In this document: in pieces, positions 9,795 through 19,775 of the stretch
Position numbering within the stretch: position 1 is the stretch's first letter
How the letters are laid out: every line of letters starts with the position of its first letter
DNA from: a virus
Taxonomy: Duplodnaviria; Caudoviricetes
Virus record (IMG/VR): IMGVR_UViG_3300039412_000400
Coordinates: 1 to 53,143 of that record
Direction: 5' to 3' (one strand)
Length of the DNA: 53,143 nucleotides
The notes under the pieces: generated by a model
Databases searched by the model: none
Seen by the model: the letters and a program-made list of their open reading frames with translations, nothing else
What the model was told of the DNA's origin: nothing
Position numbers and translations under genes: made by a program

Positions 9795-9948
9795 GTGCCA
9801 AAAAATTGGCATATGTTTGACATAATACTACATGGTAATATTTTTGCAATATAATGTAATAAATACGGGCTCGCCAATAAAAAACAGAATAAGGTATCAA
9901 TATTCCTCTATTTAAGATAGGATATAATTCTGTGCAACAGGAGACATA

Positions 9949-10539
9949 ATGTCGAAATTTAGTTTAGATTACTCAGATCTGGCAAACAAAATCGTTAAGA
10001 GAGCATATCGTCTGTCAGACGTTAAAGATCAATTAGAAACCGTAGCTTTCGACATAGTTCGTTTCAAGGATGCCGATAAAGGTGCCGAGCTATGGCAAGT
10101 TCAGAGCGCTGATGATGGCGATTATATTGTCGCTCTATATGATGATACATCAGAGGCCGAGCTTGAAAAGACGGCCGGTAAAGCTAAAGAATGCAACTGC
10201 GGTCATGATAAGAGAGAGCACAAGGATGATGGATGCACAAAATGCAAACATTGCAAAAAGTTTAGGCCATTATCTGATGAGATCTCTGAAGAAGAAATGA
10301 AGGAGTGGGGCGTAAAATCCACGAAGAATGGTAGCTTCTTACAAATCTCTTATAAGGGAGACCCCATTATCAAGATGTCTTCTGCACAACTTGGCATTCC
10401 ACAAAATGAACTACACCTGGCAGAGCACTATTTGCCAGAAAAATTAGCGACAAATAAGTCGCTGGTTAAAGCGCTTCTAAAAGAGCTGAATGATATTGCG
10501 CGCTCAGAACTTTTTAAGAGATATCCAGAACTGGTTTAA
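9949..10539 (+). CDS. Hypothetical virion-module protein with a Cys/His-rich insert
   Basis: GGAG SD; CNCGH...H...CTKCKHC follows EKTA. Confidence 0.75.
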   Translation: MSKFSLDYSDLANKIVKRAYRLSDVKDQLETVAFDIVRFKDADKGAELWQVQSADDGDYIVALYDDTSEAELEKTAGKAKECNCGHDKREHKDDGCTKCKHCKKFRPLSDEISEEEMKEWGVKSTKNGSFLQISYKGDPIIKMSSAQLGIPQNELHLAEHYLPEKLATNKSLVKALLKELNDIARSELFKRYPELV

Positions 10540-10556
10540 CGGAATATAAGGTGAAC

Positions 10557-12164
10557 ATGAGTTTCGACAAAATACATCAATTGGTCAATTCTTTAGCGAA
10601 AGAGCTTGACAATAGTCAAAAGCTTGCGACTCCATTTCTGGCTTCCAAGCTATCTAAGTATGCCGCCTTATATCCTCAAGATAAAACGCTTGGTAGTATG
10701 AGCAGAATAATTACAGATATGGTTGATCATAATAAGATGTTCATCTGTAAATCAGACCTGAAATCGCTCTATCATCAAATGCACTCATATGGAACGCATT
10801 TTGCTGAGCTATTTCAGACAGAACTTGGCGAAGCTCCTCCAGAGCCAACTGTAACGTTTGCTAAGACGGCTTCACCAAAAGAGATTGATCAATATAGCTC
10901 GGCCGATCAAGTTCTCGTAAATGCACTGGAAAGCGTTTTTGACAAGAATGTCCCATTGAAGATGTATTCTAAGAAACTTGCTGATAAGGCTCTTAAATCT
11001 GTGGCAACTACTTTTGATGCATGGAATATGTCTCCGACTCAGCTTGCTGTCGTTGAAGGTAATGATCGTTTTCTTGTTATTAAAGCCGACTATGAAACTC
11101 CAAAGGGCGTTACAAGTCTTTATGTTCCCGTTGAGGTCGCAAAGAATGATGTAATTGATCCAGAGATTTTTATGGGAAACAAAGGCCCGCAGCCACTTGA
11201 TAATGCAAATATTAAAGCATATGTAACACAACAGGCGGGCGTCAAAAATAAGATTGCCGCAAAAGACATCCTTAATGTTCTTGTTACTGCTGCCGCAGAA
11301 AAACGAGACATTAGTTCTGCCGAGATGGCGGTCATTCGTCTCAATGCTGCACGTAAAAATGATACAGAGTTTGCAGCTAATCAGGTCGGGAGTTTTGAGA
11401 CATTTGCCGCTCCAAAGCCAGATGTTCAGCTTCCAAAACATGATGAGTTTGAGTCGTTTGAGAAGCAATTTACAACTCCAAAGGGCGTTGCTGCATGGCA
11501 ATTTGGCGCAGAAACTGTTGCACTTGGTCGCACAAGTCTTGCTCGCGAATTAACTTCTTATGGTTTCACAAGCCCACAAATTGTTGTTACGGGCAGCGAT
11601 AAAGACACAATTTTCTATGGCGTGTCGCTTGATACAGGTAAGGCTGCGTTTGTTGTTCCCATTAAGATTGCAGATGGCAAAAAGCTTATGGCCCCAACCG
11701 TATTACTTTGCAATGGCTCGCTAGCCTCATTTGATAGGACAAGTATTAATGAGCTTGTTAGCACAAACAAGAAAGATACCAAGATTGCTGCCGTTGCTTC
11801 AACAATGGCAAGTCTTAAACCAAGCGAAATCCTTAATAATCTGCGCGATGCATTAGCAGAAGGTAATCTTCCAAAGGCAGAGGATGCGCTTAATGTTCTT
11901 GCAAAGTCTGGCGATGAAAAAGCCTATGCAACAGCATTTGCTATTTATATGCAGGGCTTGGCCGGAATTACAAAGACCGCCTCAACAGAATGCTCGCGCA
12001 TGATTAAGAGTGCAGTTAGCGAATATCCAATCTGCTCACATACCGGGCTTCCTATTAATAAGGTGTATCAGGATAAGGACGGTAATTGCCGACCACTATA
12101 TCGCAAGGGCATGGATGAGACATATGAAGGTGCCTCATTTATGAACGCCAAGATTTTTGGATAA
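10557..12164 (+). CDS. Hypothetical protein, probably virion structural
   Basis: 535-aa ORF with two KTAS motifs; lies in the head module. Confidence 0.7.
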   Translation: MSFDKIHQLVNSLAKELDNSQKLATPFLASKLSKYAALYPQDKTLGSMSRIITDMVDHNKMFICKSDLKSLYHQMHSYGTHFAELFQTELGEAPPEPTVTFAKTASPKEIDQYSSADQVLVNALESVFDKNVPLKMYSKKLADKALKSVATTFDAWNMSPTQLAVVEGNDRFLVIKADYETPKGVTSLYVPVEVAKNDVIDPEIFMGNKGPQPLDNANIKAYVTQQAGVKNKIAAKDILNVLVTAAAEKRDISSAEMAVIRLNAARKNDTEFAANQVGSFETFAAPKPDVQLPKHDEFESFEKQFTTPKGVAAWQFGAETVALGRTSLARELTSYGFTSPQIVVTGSDKDTIFYGVSLDTGKAAFVVPIKIADGKKLMAPTVLLCNGSLASFDRTSINELVSTNKKDTKIAAVASTMASLKPSEILNNLRDALAEGNLPKAEDALNVLAKSGDEKAYATAFAIYMQGLAGITKTASTECSRMIKSAVSEYPICSHTGLPINKVYQDKDGNCRPLYRKGMDETYEGASFMNAKIFG

Positions 12165-12181
12165 AACGCGAGGTCGAAGTA

Positions 12182-13252
12182 ATGAGAATCGAAAACATTG
12201 GAAGGATATTGGCAATAAAGTATGCCCAACAACTTCCATCTAATATAGATAAGCAAGGAGTTCTTGAAGACATTGCAAGAGATGTCAAGGGTGCGTTGCA
12301 GTCTTATGTTTTCGATACCACATCAAAAAATCCTATTATTCAATATTTAGATAGACGAGGTTATGGTGGAACAATTGATCTTTTTGTTAAATATCTAATT
12401 AGCGAATCACTGACACTATATACAAAGATAGATGAATTAATAAAAGAGCCAGTTCAAGATCGTCTTCTTATGATTATGATGAATATTAAAAACGATATTC
12501 TTCAGGGTAAAAAAGCTGTTGTTGAGGCATTAAAACATTCTCTAAAATTAAATAATGAATCATCGCGTAATGAAGCAAATAGACTTGCAAGTAAATTTGA
12601 CATTACTGTGACTAACTTAGCAGATAATTTAACTCGAAAAGGTAGAATAGTTTATAAGTATTGCTCTCCAGAGTTCCAAGAGATTGCTGCAGATATAATA
12701 AAAGCCAAGGTTGAGTCGCAAAGAATGCCACTTACAAAAATGCAGCTTTTCATTTTTGCACATACGCCAGTTGCAGAAAAATATGGGCTTACATCTATTG
12801 AGATTTTGCAGAGACTTCTAGAAGATCCTGAAATGCGTGAAAAACTAACAACAGTTATCAATGCAGTTCATAGGGGGCATAATTTTCCAAAGAATGGGCC
12901 AGAAATTTTGGAAGAAGCGCAGGCAATAGCAAAACGAATGCAAATGCAACAGCCAAATAAAACTCTTGAGCTACCAGAAGGTGATTTTAGAGAGGCTCTT
13001 AATGTTTTTGTAGATCCTGCTGAGCGTGCATCGCATGTTGGCGTAGATGCTAAAAAACGTTTAGAAGAAGAGCGAGCTATTGAATCTGGCGGTCCAGAAG
13101 GCTCCGGTGAAACAGAAACTATGAGTCCAGAAGAACTTGAGCAAAAAATTCAAGAACGAGATGAGCTTGCAAGAAAAAACCAAGAACAACTTAACAAACC
13201 AAATAAGGAAAGAAGTTTCCTTCTTGATCAACTTTTGAGGATGAACCGATGA
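12182..13252 (+). CDS. Hypothetical protein
   Basis: GAGG SD; N-terminal IKYAQ motif. Confidence 0.7.
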   Translation: MRIENIGRILAIKYAQQLPSNIDKQGVLEDIARDVKGALQSYVFDTTSKNPIIQYLDRRGYGGTIDLFVKYLISESLTLYTKIDELIKEPVQDRLLMIMMNIKNDILQGKKAVVEALKHSLKLNNESSRNEANRLASKFDITVTNLADNLTRKGRIVYKYCSPEFQEIAADIIKAKVESQRMPLTKMQLFIFAHTPVAEKYGLTSIEILQRLLEDPEMREKLTTVINAVHRGHNFPKNGPEILEEAQAIAKRMQMQQPNKTLELPEGDFREALNVFVDPAERASHVGVDAKKRLEEERAIESGGPEGSGETETMSPEELEQKIQERDELARKNQEQLNKPNKERSFLLDQLLRMNR

Positions 13253-13962
13253 GAACCGCAGAATTATTACAAGCTATGGCTTCATGGCTAGAAAGCCCAA
13301 ATAATGAAGCAATGTTATTGGCCGAGAATGATGAGAAGGCACTTAAGGTTGTTGCCGAATCTTGTGTTCTTGCTGCGGCATTACTAAAATCCGCCGCTGA
13401 AGAAGTTGATTTAATCGAGCCACAGCCCGAATCACTTCTTACACCAGAGGCAATTGAACAGACCGCTGCAATTGCTACCGCGTTTGATGCATCTGGTGAT
13501 CCACAACTAAAAAAGATGGCATCCGTTTTGGATGAACTTCTGCTTACAATTGCGGCTCCACCAAACGCACTCGCTCAAATCAAGCAAGCCGAAGATGACA
13601 GAATTGAACAGCTTCGTAAGAGATATGAACAACCACGCAAAGATCTACATGAATACAACAAGATAGGCGTTTCTGAACAGGCAATTGATAAGAGTAATTT
13701 TGCGAAGCCTCAGACAATAAATGAACGTCCGCTACAAACTCGCACATGCCCAGATCATCCGGGAGCACAGATGTCAAGAGTTGGCGAGCACATGTTTCAG
13801 TGTGATTTAGATAAGAAGCAATACAATTATGAAACTGGATATACTTTAGAGAACGGCGAGCACGTGCCAGGCGGATCGGTTGATTTGCAAACCGGTGATC
13901 AGAATACTCCATTCCATGCGATTTTTGATACAAGACAAGGGCGATTGGGCTACAATAGCTAA
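13249..13962 (+). CDS. Hypothetical protein with a C-terminal CPDH...C metal-binding motif
   Basis: Coupled ATGA start; LQTRTCPDHPG...FQC. Confidence 0.75.
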   Translation: MRTAELLQAMASWLESPNNEAMLLAENDEKALKVVAESCVLAAALLKSAAEEVDLIEPQPESLLTPEAIEQTAAIATAFDASGDPQLKKMASVLDELLLTIAAPPNALAQIKQAEDDRIEQLRKRYEQPRKDLHEYNKIGVSEQAIDKSNFAKPQTINERPLQTRTCPDHPGAQMSRVGEHMFQCDLDKKQYNYETGYTLENGEHVPGGSVDLQTGDQNTPFHAIFDTRQGRLGYNS

Positions 13963-14030
13963 TATTCACTTTTGCTAACTATCTATAATATTGTATCTAT
14001 TTTGACGTATTATTTTATACAAAGGTCAAA

Positions 14031-14789
14031 ATGAACAAAACTGTAGTCCGTAAGATACTTGACCATCCTGATAGGGATGAGATAGTTAATAAGCTAATGT
14101 TAGATATTCCAGAGAGCGATATCAATGAGTGGCTTGCGGAAAAATATACAAACGTTAATGAAGCAAAGTTTGTATTAACCGAGAAAAATATTAAAGCATT
14201 TAAGGATAATTATTTAGACATTTATAGAACAATTCAAGACGATATGCACAAAACAAAATTGGCTGTTGTCAATAATGCAGAAGAGCAACTGGATTTGGCC
14301 GTCAAAAATAATCCGGCTTATAAGAGCAAGATTATGGAAGCTGTTGGTAAAGAGATTGACGTTCGCCAAATGGTTGCACATTTATGTGCTGCTATTGAAA
14401 TTCGTGTTGGACAGGTTTTTGATGAAATTCAGAATGATCCAAGAAATATTAATACCAAAGTTGACCGCCTCCTAATTGATTATGCCGAAGTTCTTGGCAC
14501 TATTTTAGAAAAGTATTACAAGTTTACAGAAAATCCTGCAGACCAAGTTATACAACATAATGTAACATTACAGGTTGTAGATCAGCACGTATTGCTTGTT
14601 CAAGAATGTATTCGTGAAGTTTTGCAATCTTTGGACCTTGAGAGTTCTATGTTGTTCATGGATCTATTTACAGAAAAAATGGCCAAGCTTAAGCTGCCTG
14701 CGCCAGAATCTGTAATGAACTCTGATACTAAGCTTGCTGAAGCAAAGGTCTTAAGCGAAACCATTAACAAAAAGCTAAATAGCAAATAA
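14031..14789 (+). CDS. Hypothetical protein, candidate terminase small subunit
   Basis: N-terminal HPDRDEI...INEWL HTH-like segment plus helical oligomerisation-like region, in the packaging module. The function is inferred. Confidence 0.35.
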   Translation: MNKTVVRKILDHPDRDEIVNKLMLDIPESDINEWLAEKYTNVNEAKFVLTEKNIKAFKDNYLDIYRTIQDDMHKTKLAVVNNAEEQLDLAVKNNPAYKSKIMEAVGKEIDVRQMVAHLCAAIEIRVGQVFDEIQNDPRNINTKVDRLLIDYAEVLGTILEKYYKFTENPADQVIQHNVTLQVVDQHVLLVQECIREVLQSLDLESSMLFMDLFTEKMAKLKLPAPESVMNSDTKLAEAKVLSETINKKLNSK

Positions 14790-14793
14790 AGAT

Positions 14794-16689
14794 ATGTCAA
14801 TAATAGATAAGCCATCAAAAAAACAATTAGAAAAATGGATGCATGATTGGATTGCACATGAATCTCCAGAAACGCCAGAAGAAGACGAGCGCGCCCGGAA
14901 GATTATTGAGTTTTTTGAGCAATATGGCATCACATTTGACAAGTTTAATCCAAAGAACTTTTCTATTTTTGATTCCACGGCATATCCCAATTATGATCAG
15001 TATGCTTATATACCAGGACAACACGATGTTAGAAAATGGCTTATGGCAGTTAAGAATATGCAATATATGCAAAAATCTGGTATGCCATATCGAGAAGCTA
15101 TTCGTGAATCAACCAAAGGCTGGAAGAAAATGGAAATCTATGATTTCCTAAATTGGCTAAAATATTATGAAGAAGGCACTCATATGAAATACAAATTTGC
15201 TCAATCTTATTATGTAAATGATTCTATGCCAGGATATTTTGTTCCAATTAGGCAGGACGTATCAAATGCAGATGACGTTGCTCCAGCTGATTTTGAGGCT
15301 GACCAACAAGCCGCACAGGAAAAGGAAGAAAAGAAACAAATCATCGCTCAACAGCGCAAAAAGATTCTAAGCAGACTTGACTCTATTAGAAAAATGTTGC
15401 GTTCAGAAGATGGCCGCACATTTGCCGGTGATGAACTTGAAACATTATTAGAGGCTATTCACACTTTAGAGAAAAAAATTAGCACATTAAACAAATTGAG
15501 CACGTCAATTCGTCTTTATGAAGATATGATTGTTCGTGAAGCTAATGTTCTTTACAGTAAAGGATTTAATAAGGCGGCTGATGCGCTATATACCGCAGCA
15601 CAAACGCCAGGAGCATCAGGGCAACAATTATCAAAAGGCCCACAAGCAGAACAAGATGCCCCGCCTCCATCAGCTCCACCTCCATCAGCGCCACCTGCAA
15701 TACCATCTGGCGAAGGCCAGACAGGAAGCTCTGGAGCAGTAAATGAAACACCAGCTGGAGTTGGCGCTCCAAATCCACAGTCACCGTCGGGTGGTGCAGA
15801 AACAACGCCAGAATCAAAGGGCCAAGAAATAGCTGTTGAAGATCCGCAGCCAATCGGTATCAAACAATTTATTGATGCAATGAATGGCCAAGAAGGAAAA
15901 ACAATAGAAGAAGAACATGCGACCGATGATGATTTAGAAGTTGAAGATGCCGATGATCAATTATTGGTTACAGAAGCGCAGGCTTTACCACCAAGACCAC
16001 CAGAAGCTGTTATGGAAGATTTGCCATTAACAGATGATCCTGCGCCCGCAAGAGGCAAACCAGCACAACTTCCAAGAGATCCGTTCATTGCAAAAGCTCC
16101 AGCTACAAAACCAGCAGTTCCATTTACTATGGATGAAGAGCCGCTGGAAGTTACTGAAGACGATCTTGAAACTCCAAAAGAAAAAGAAGCAGATAATGTT
16201 ATCCCAACAACCTCTAATTTTGACGTTAAAATAGATAAGGTTCTTGCCAGTGTAACTTTGGAAGATATCGTTTCAGAACTTGAAGATTTGGCAAAAGTAT
16301 TTAAGGTTAGGGAGATTCCACGAAGATTGGCGCTTGTTGATGTAATGTTAGATAGCAAGGGGCTTGCCTCATTCTTCCCACAATTATCTGAAGCCCAGAA
16401 TAAGAGTCTTGAAAGCAATAACTATATCTCAACTCGTATTGAAGATATACTTGCAAAGTTGCGCGGTGCCCTTGAAACAAAAGATATCGATCTTGAAGGT
16501 AAAGAACAGGAAGCAGCAGTAGATGCTTCTGGAGTTAAAGCCAAGTTACAAGAAGATGCCGCAAAAGAACAGCAACGAAAACAACAGCGTAAAGAACAGT
16601 CAGAAGCTGAATTGGCTACTCCCGAAAAAGAAACTCCAGAAATAGATATGGGCGAACTGGCAGGCCCAGTCGCAAGACCAATAGGTTGA
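14794..16689 (+). CDS. Large acidic/Pro-rich hypothetical protein, possibly head-internal
   Basis: 631 aa with Pro-rich and acidic linkers; carries KFAQ and ANVLYSKG motifs shared with other head-module proteins. Confidence 0.7.
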   Translation: MSIIDKPSKKQLEKWMHDWIAHESPETPEEDERARKIIEFFEQYGITFDKFNPKNFSIFDSTAYPNYDQYAYIPGQHDVRKWLMAVKNMQYMQKSGMPYREAIRESTKGWKKMEIYDFLNWLKYYEEGTHMKYKFAQSYYVNDSMPGYFVPIRQDVSNADDVAPADFEADQQAAQEKEEKKQIIAQQRKKILSRLDSIRKMLRSEDGRTFAGDELETLLEAIHTLEKKISTLNKLSTSIRLYEDMIVREANVLYSKGFNKAADALYTAAQTPGASGQQLSKGPQAEQDAPPPSAPPPSAPPAIPSGEGQTGSSGAVNETPAGVGAPNPQSPSGGAETTPESKGQEIAVEDPQPIGIKQFIDAMNGQEGKTIEEEHATDDDLEVEDADDQLLVTEAQALPPRPPEAVMEDLPLTDDPAPARGKPAQLPRDPFIAKAPATKPAVPFTMDEEPLEVTEDDLETPKEKEADNVIPTTSNFDVKIDKVLASVTLEDIVSELEDLAKVFKVREIPRRLALVDVMLDSKGLASFFPQLSEAQNKSLESNNYISTRIEDILAKLRGALETKDIDLEGKEQEAAVDASGVKAKLQEDAAKEQQRKQQRKEQSEAELATPEKETPEIDMGELAGPVARPIG

Positions 16690-16694
16690 AATGA

Positions 16695-18758
16695 ATGAAA
16701 CTGCGAGAACTTTTTCAAGAACTAACTGAAGTCCAAAAAGAACTTGGCATTGCCCCAGTTCTTATATGTGGTGGTACAGCCAGAGATAAATATATGGATA
16801 AGTTAGAGAATATCTCTGATGTCGATTTGACCAATGGCGAAAAGACAATGGATTATTTGTCTCAAGAGCTTGTTATTCAGTTAAGAAAAAAATATAATGT
16901 TACACGCAAAATTCATAAAGATCATAGCACAATTTTTGTTGGTAAATTAAAGTTAGACTTTTCTTCCAATTTTATGGTCCCCAATATAGACGCCATATTA
17001 GCAAAACTTGGTGTTACAAATCCGACTGATTTGCAAAGAGAAATGTATTCAAGAGATTTTACTTGTAATTCGTTGTTATTAACTCTTGATCTTAAACAGA
17101 TTTTAGATCCGACAAAACGTGGTGGCCAAGACATTGATGCAAAGAAAGTTAAGACATGTTTGGCCCCTGAAATAACTTTGGTTTCATATAAGAACAGAGT
17201 TATAAGAGCAATTTATCTTGCTTGTAAATTAGGGTTTGATATAGATGACAGTATTATTGAATATGTTCTAAAAAATCCGGCATCTGCCAAAATAGCAACT
17301 GAAAAAACTGTTATTGATAAACTTAATGCCGCTTTTGATAAAGATGCAGATAGGGCAAGTTATTATCTAACAAAAATGAATATTTGGAATCAGGTTCCAA
17401 TTATTGAAAAGGCCGCCCCATATTATAATCAAAGTCTAAAGAATACAACAAAATTGGCCTATTATCAAGGCGGTGGCGGCGTTAATGAACCAACGCCAGG
17501 AAAACCAAAATATGATGTTGATCCTGCAATTGTTGTTCAGCCTCATTTTGAGGAACCGTTCTATTACAATTATGATTATTTAGACACGGAAGGCATTGAT
17601 GGACAGCCACAATACGGTCCAGGAAGTGGCTGGGCGCATATGAACGAGTTCAAGAGTATAAAGGATTTTCTTGACTTCAGGCGCAAAAGATTAAAAAACA
17701 AGTACGTGGCTGACGACTCGTACATTGATGACTCGTCCGCAAATTATAAAGAACGCGTAGATAAGATGAAAATTCGGGCCAGTCTTTTATCCAAAATTAT
17801 AAAGACTGCAAAAAAAGAAGAACCAGAAACAGTTCCAGTTATCGAGCCAGATAATAATTGTTTTTTCTATGCAGCTATTATTGCTGCGCTTAATCCAAAG
17901 CTTAAGCTTATGAAGGGCCGACATACGGGACAACATAAAGAAGATACTGCACATTTTTGGGTTGAAAGTGAAGATGGAAAAATTACAGATCCAACCGCCT
18001 CTCAATATAAAGAAGGCCATGTTGAAGACGGAAAGCAGATAGATGTTCGTAAGAATATTGATGCAATTACTGGGCATAAGCTATTTTCATCATTACCAGA
18101 AAAATATCAAAAAAGAATTAAAGCTTTAAGTAAAGACGAAAATGATGGCCCCAATTTTGATTATGGTTCTGGCCTTTATATGAATATGGATAAATATAAA
18201 AGCATTAAAGATTTTGAGAAAAATAAACCAAAAGGCCAAGGCGCATTTTATAATGATGACAACAATATAGATTTTCCTGTTGATATTCAATCAGATACGA
18301 CGGCAGAATCACAAGCCGGCCCCATTCTTGGAGATTCAGAAACCTATCTTAAACCGGCTGTTATTGGTCCGTCTGTAGATGGAAATCCAAATGATGGAAT
18401 TATTCCAGGTTCCGTTGGTCTTGGTGATTTTACGACATATCCGCAGTCTAATCAATTAAGCGGATTCATGGATAGTTCTTTGCCACAGAACGATTTTGAG
18501 GGCAAACCACCGACAGAGCTTGATTTTGGAAGAGATTATACAGAAGATGTGGAGTTTCCCGGAACTCTTAATGAAGATGATTTAGAATCGCTTGAACATA
18601 AGTATCTAACACCGTCTGAAACTGACCTATTTGGCTTGCCAGATGGAATAGATCCAATTTCTGATGAAGACGCCGATGTTACTGTAAATAATAAGAATAC
18701 ATATTATGGAACTCCCGATACTGGAAGACAAATGTATGAAGATAAATGGAATATATGA
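16695..18758 (+). CDS. Class II CCA-adding/poly(A) polymerase-family nucleotidyltransferase with a long C-terminal extension
   Basis: CGGTARD, catalytic DVD, SRDFTCNSL, DPT.RG..DI and R.IRA...A.KLGF. The ~430-aa extension contains a Cys-His-Asp domain and a scaffold-like peptide. Confidence 0.85.
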   Translation: MKLRELFQELTEVQKELGIAPVLICGGTARDKYMDKLENISDVDLTNGEKTMDYLSQELVIQLRKKYNVTRKIHKDHSTIFVGKLKLDFSSNFMVPNIDAILAKLGVTNPTDLQREMYSRDFTCNSLLLTLDLKQILDPTKRGGQDIDAKKVKTCLAPEITLVSYKNRVIRAIYLACKLGFDIDDSIIEYVLKNPASAKIATEKTVIDKLNAAFDKDADRASYYLTKMNIWNQVPIIEKAAPYYNQSLKNTTKLAYYQGGGGVNEPTPGKPKYDVDPAIVVQPHFEEPFYYNYDYLDTEGIDGQPQYGPGSGWAHMNEFKSIKDFLDFRRKRLKNKYVADDSYIDDSSANYKERVDKMKIRASLLSKIIKTAKKEEPETVPVIEPDNNCFFYAAIIAALNPKLKLMKGRHTGQHKEDTAHFWVESEDGKITDPTASQYKEGHVEDGKQIDVRKNIDAITGHKLFSSLPEKYQKRIKALSKDENDGPNFDYGSGLYMNMDKYKSIKDFEKNKPKGQGAFYNDDNNIDFPVDIQSDTTAESQAGPILGDSETYLKPAVIGPSVDGNPNDGIIPGSVGLGDFTTYPQSNQLSGFMDSSLPQNDFEGKPPTELDFGRDYTEDVEFPGTLNEDDLESLEHKYLTPSETDLFGLPDGIDPISDEDADVTVNNKNTYYGTPDTGRQMYEDKWNI

Positions 18759-18804
18759 ATTATTTCGTATATAAACACGTAAAAAATGTATGAGGTAACC
18801 TAAC

Positions 18805-19773
18805 ATGACATTAAAAGCTAATGCACAGGAACAATTTACTATTTCCCCAGTTTCTCCGGCATCACAATTGCCTGCCGCAGATACGCACTTTGCAGATGGG
18901 CCATCTTTTGAGGTGGTTGAGGCTCCTGAAATCATAGATTTATTAGAACAAGGCCAGCATGATGGTTTGCCTATTGAAGTTGCAGATCAAGAAGCTCCGC
19001 TTGAAGTTGAAATCACCATTGGAAGACTTCCAGGTGCCCCAGATGATTCGCCAGAGCCACAGCCTCCAATTGAGGTTAGTGAAGAGCCAATTGACGTAGA
19101 AGATCAAGAAAAACCAGAAGACGCAAATGATGCAAAAAAGGGCAAGAATGATAAATGGAACTGGTCAAAACATGGGCCAACTGGATTTATTGCCTGGATT
19201 AAAGAACGTATTGATAACGTTCCAAGGCATAGCGGATTAGACACCGCAGGGCTTGAAAGAGCACAAGCTTATCTTGAAAAACTTGATAGCGAAATCTCAA
19301 AAGCCATGAGAATGGATTTGGATGAAGAATTAGACGCAAATCAGATTGAAAAAGTTCGAGCACAAATTGATGATGGCATTGCAAGACTTAATGCTCGTCT
19401 CGAAAAGGTTAAGAAAAACAAGAAATCTGTTCGTAGAAAGAAGTCAGAGTACGAATATGATGAAGACGGTTTTGTTAAAGAAGCGCAAAAAATTACTGGC
19501 GTTCAAGGAATTTTCGTTACCGTTCCACTTATGATTTCAAGTCTTGCCAGAACATGTATTAATGGTATGGTTTCTGCCGGTCACGATATTGAAAGAATGT
19601 ATGGCGATCAGGTTCAGAAATATAAACTTAATGACAGGGAACAGCTAGAATTACGTCAATGTCTATGGGATATGGGATATCCAATGCGCATTGATATGGG
19701 CGTTCAACCAGAAGAAGATCTTGAAGTTTCCGATAGTGATAATTATAACTGGGCCACAAACTATAAGGCATAA
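18805..19773 (+). CDS. Hypothetical acidic protein
   Basis: GAGG SD; KANAQ, DANDA and VKEAQ motifs. Confidence 0.75.
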   Translation: MTLKANAQEQFTISPVSPASQLPAADTHFADGPSFEVVEAPEIIDLLEQGQHDGLPIEVADQEAPLEVEITIGRLPGAPDDSPEPQPPIEVSEEPIDVEDQEKPEDANDAKKGKNDKWNWSKHGPTGFIAWIKERIDNVPRHSGLDTAGLERAQAYLEKLDSEISKAMRMDLDEELDANQIEKVRAQIDDGIARLNARLEKVKKNKKSVRRKKSEYEYDEDGFVKEAQKITGVQGIFVTVPLMISSLARTCINGMVSAGHDIERMYGDQVQKYKLNDREQLELRQCLWDMGYPMRIDMGVQPEEDLEVSDSDNYNWATNYKA

Positions 19774-19775
19774 AT

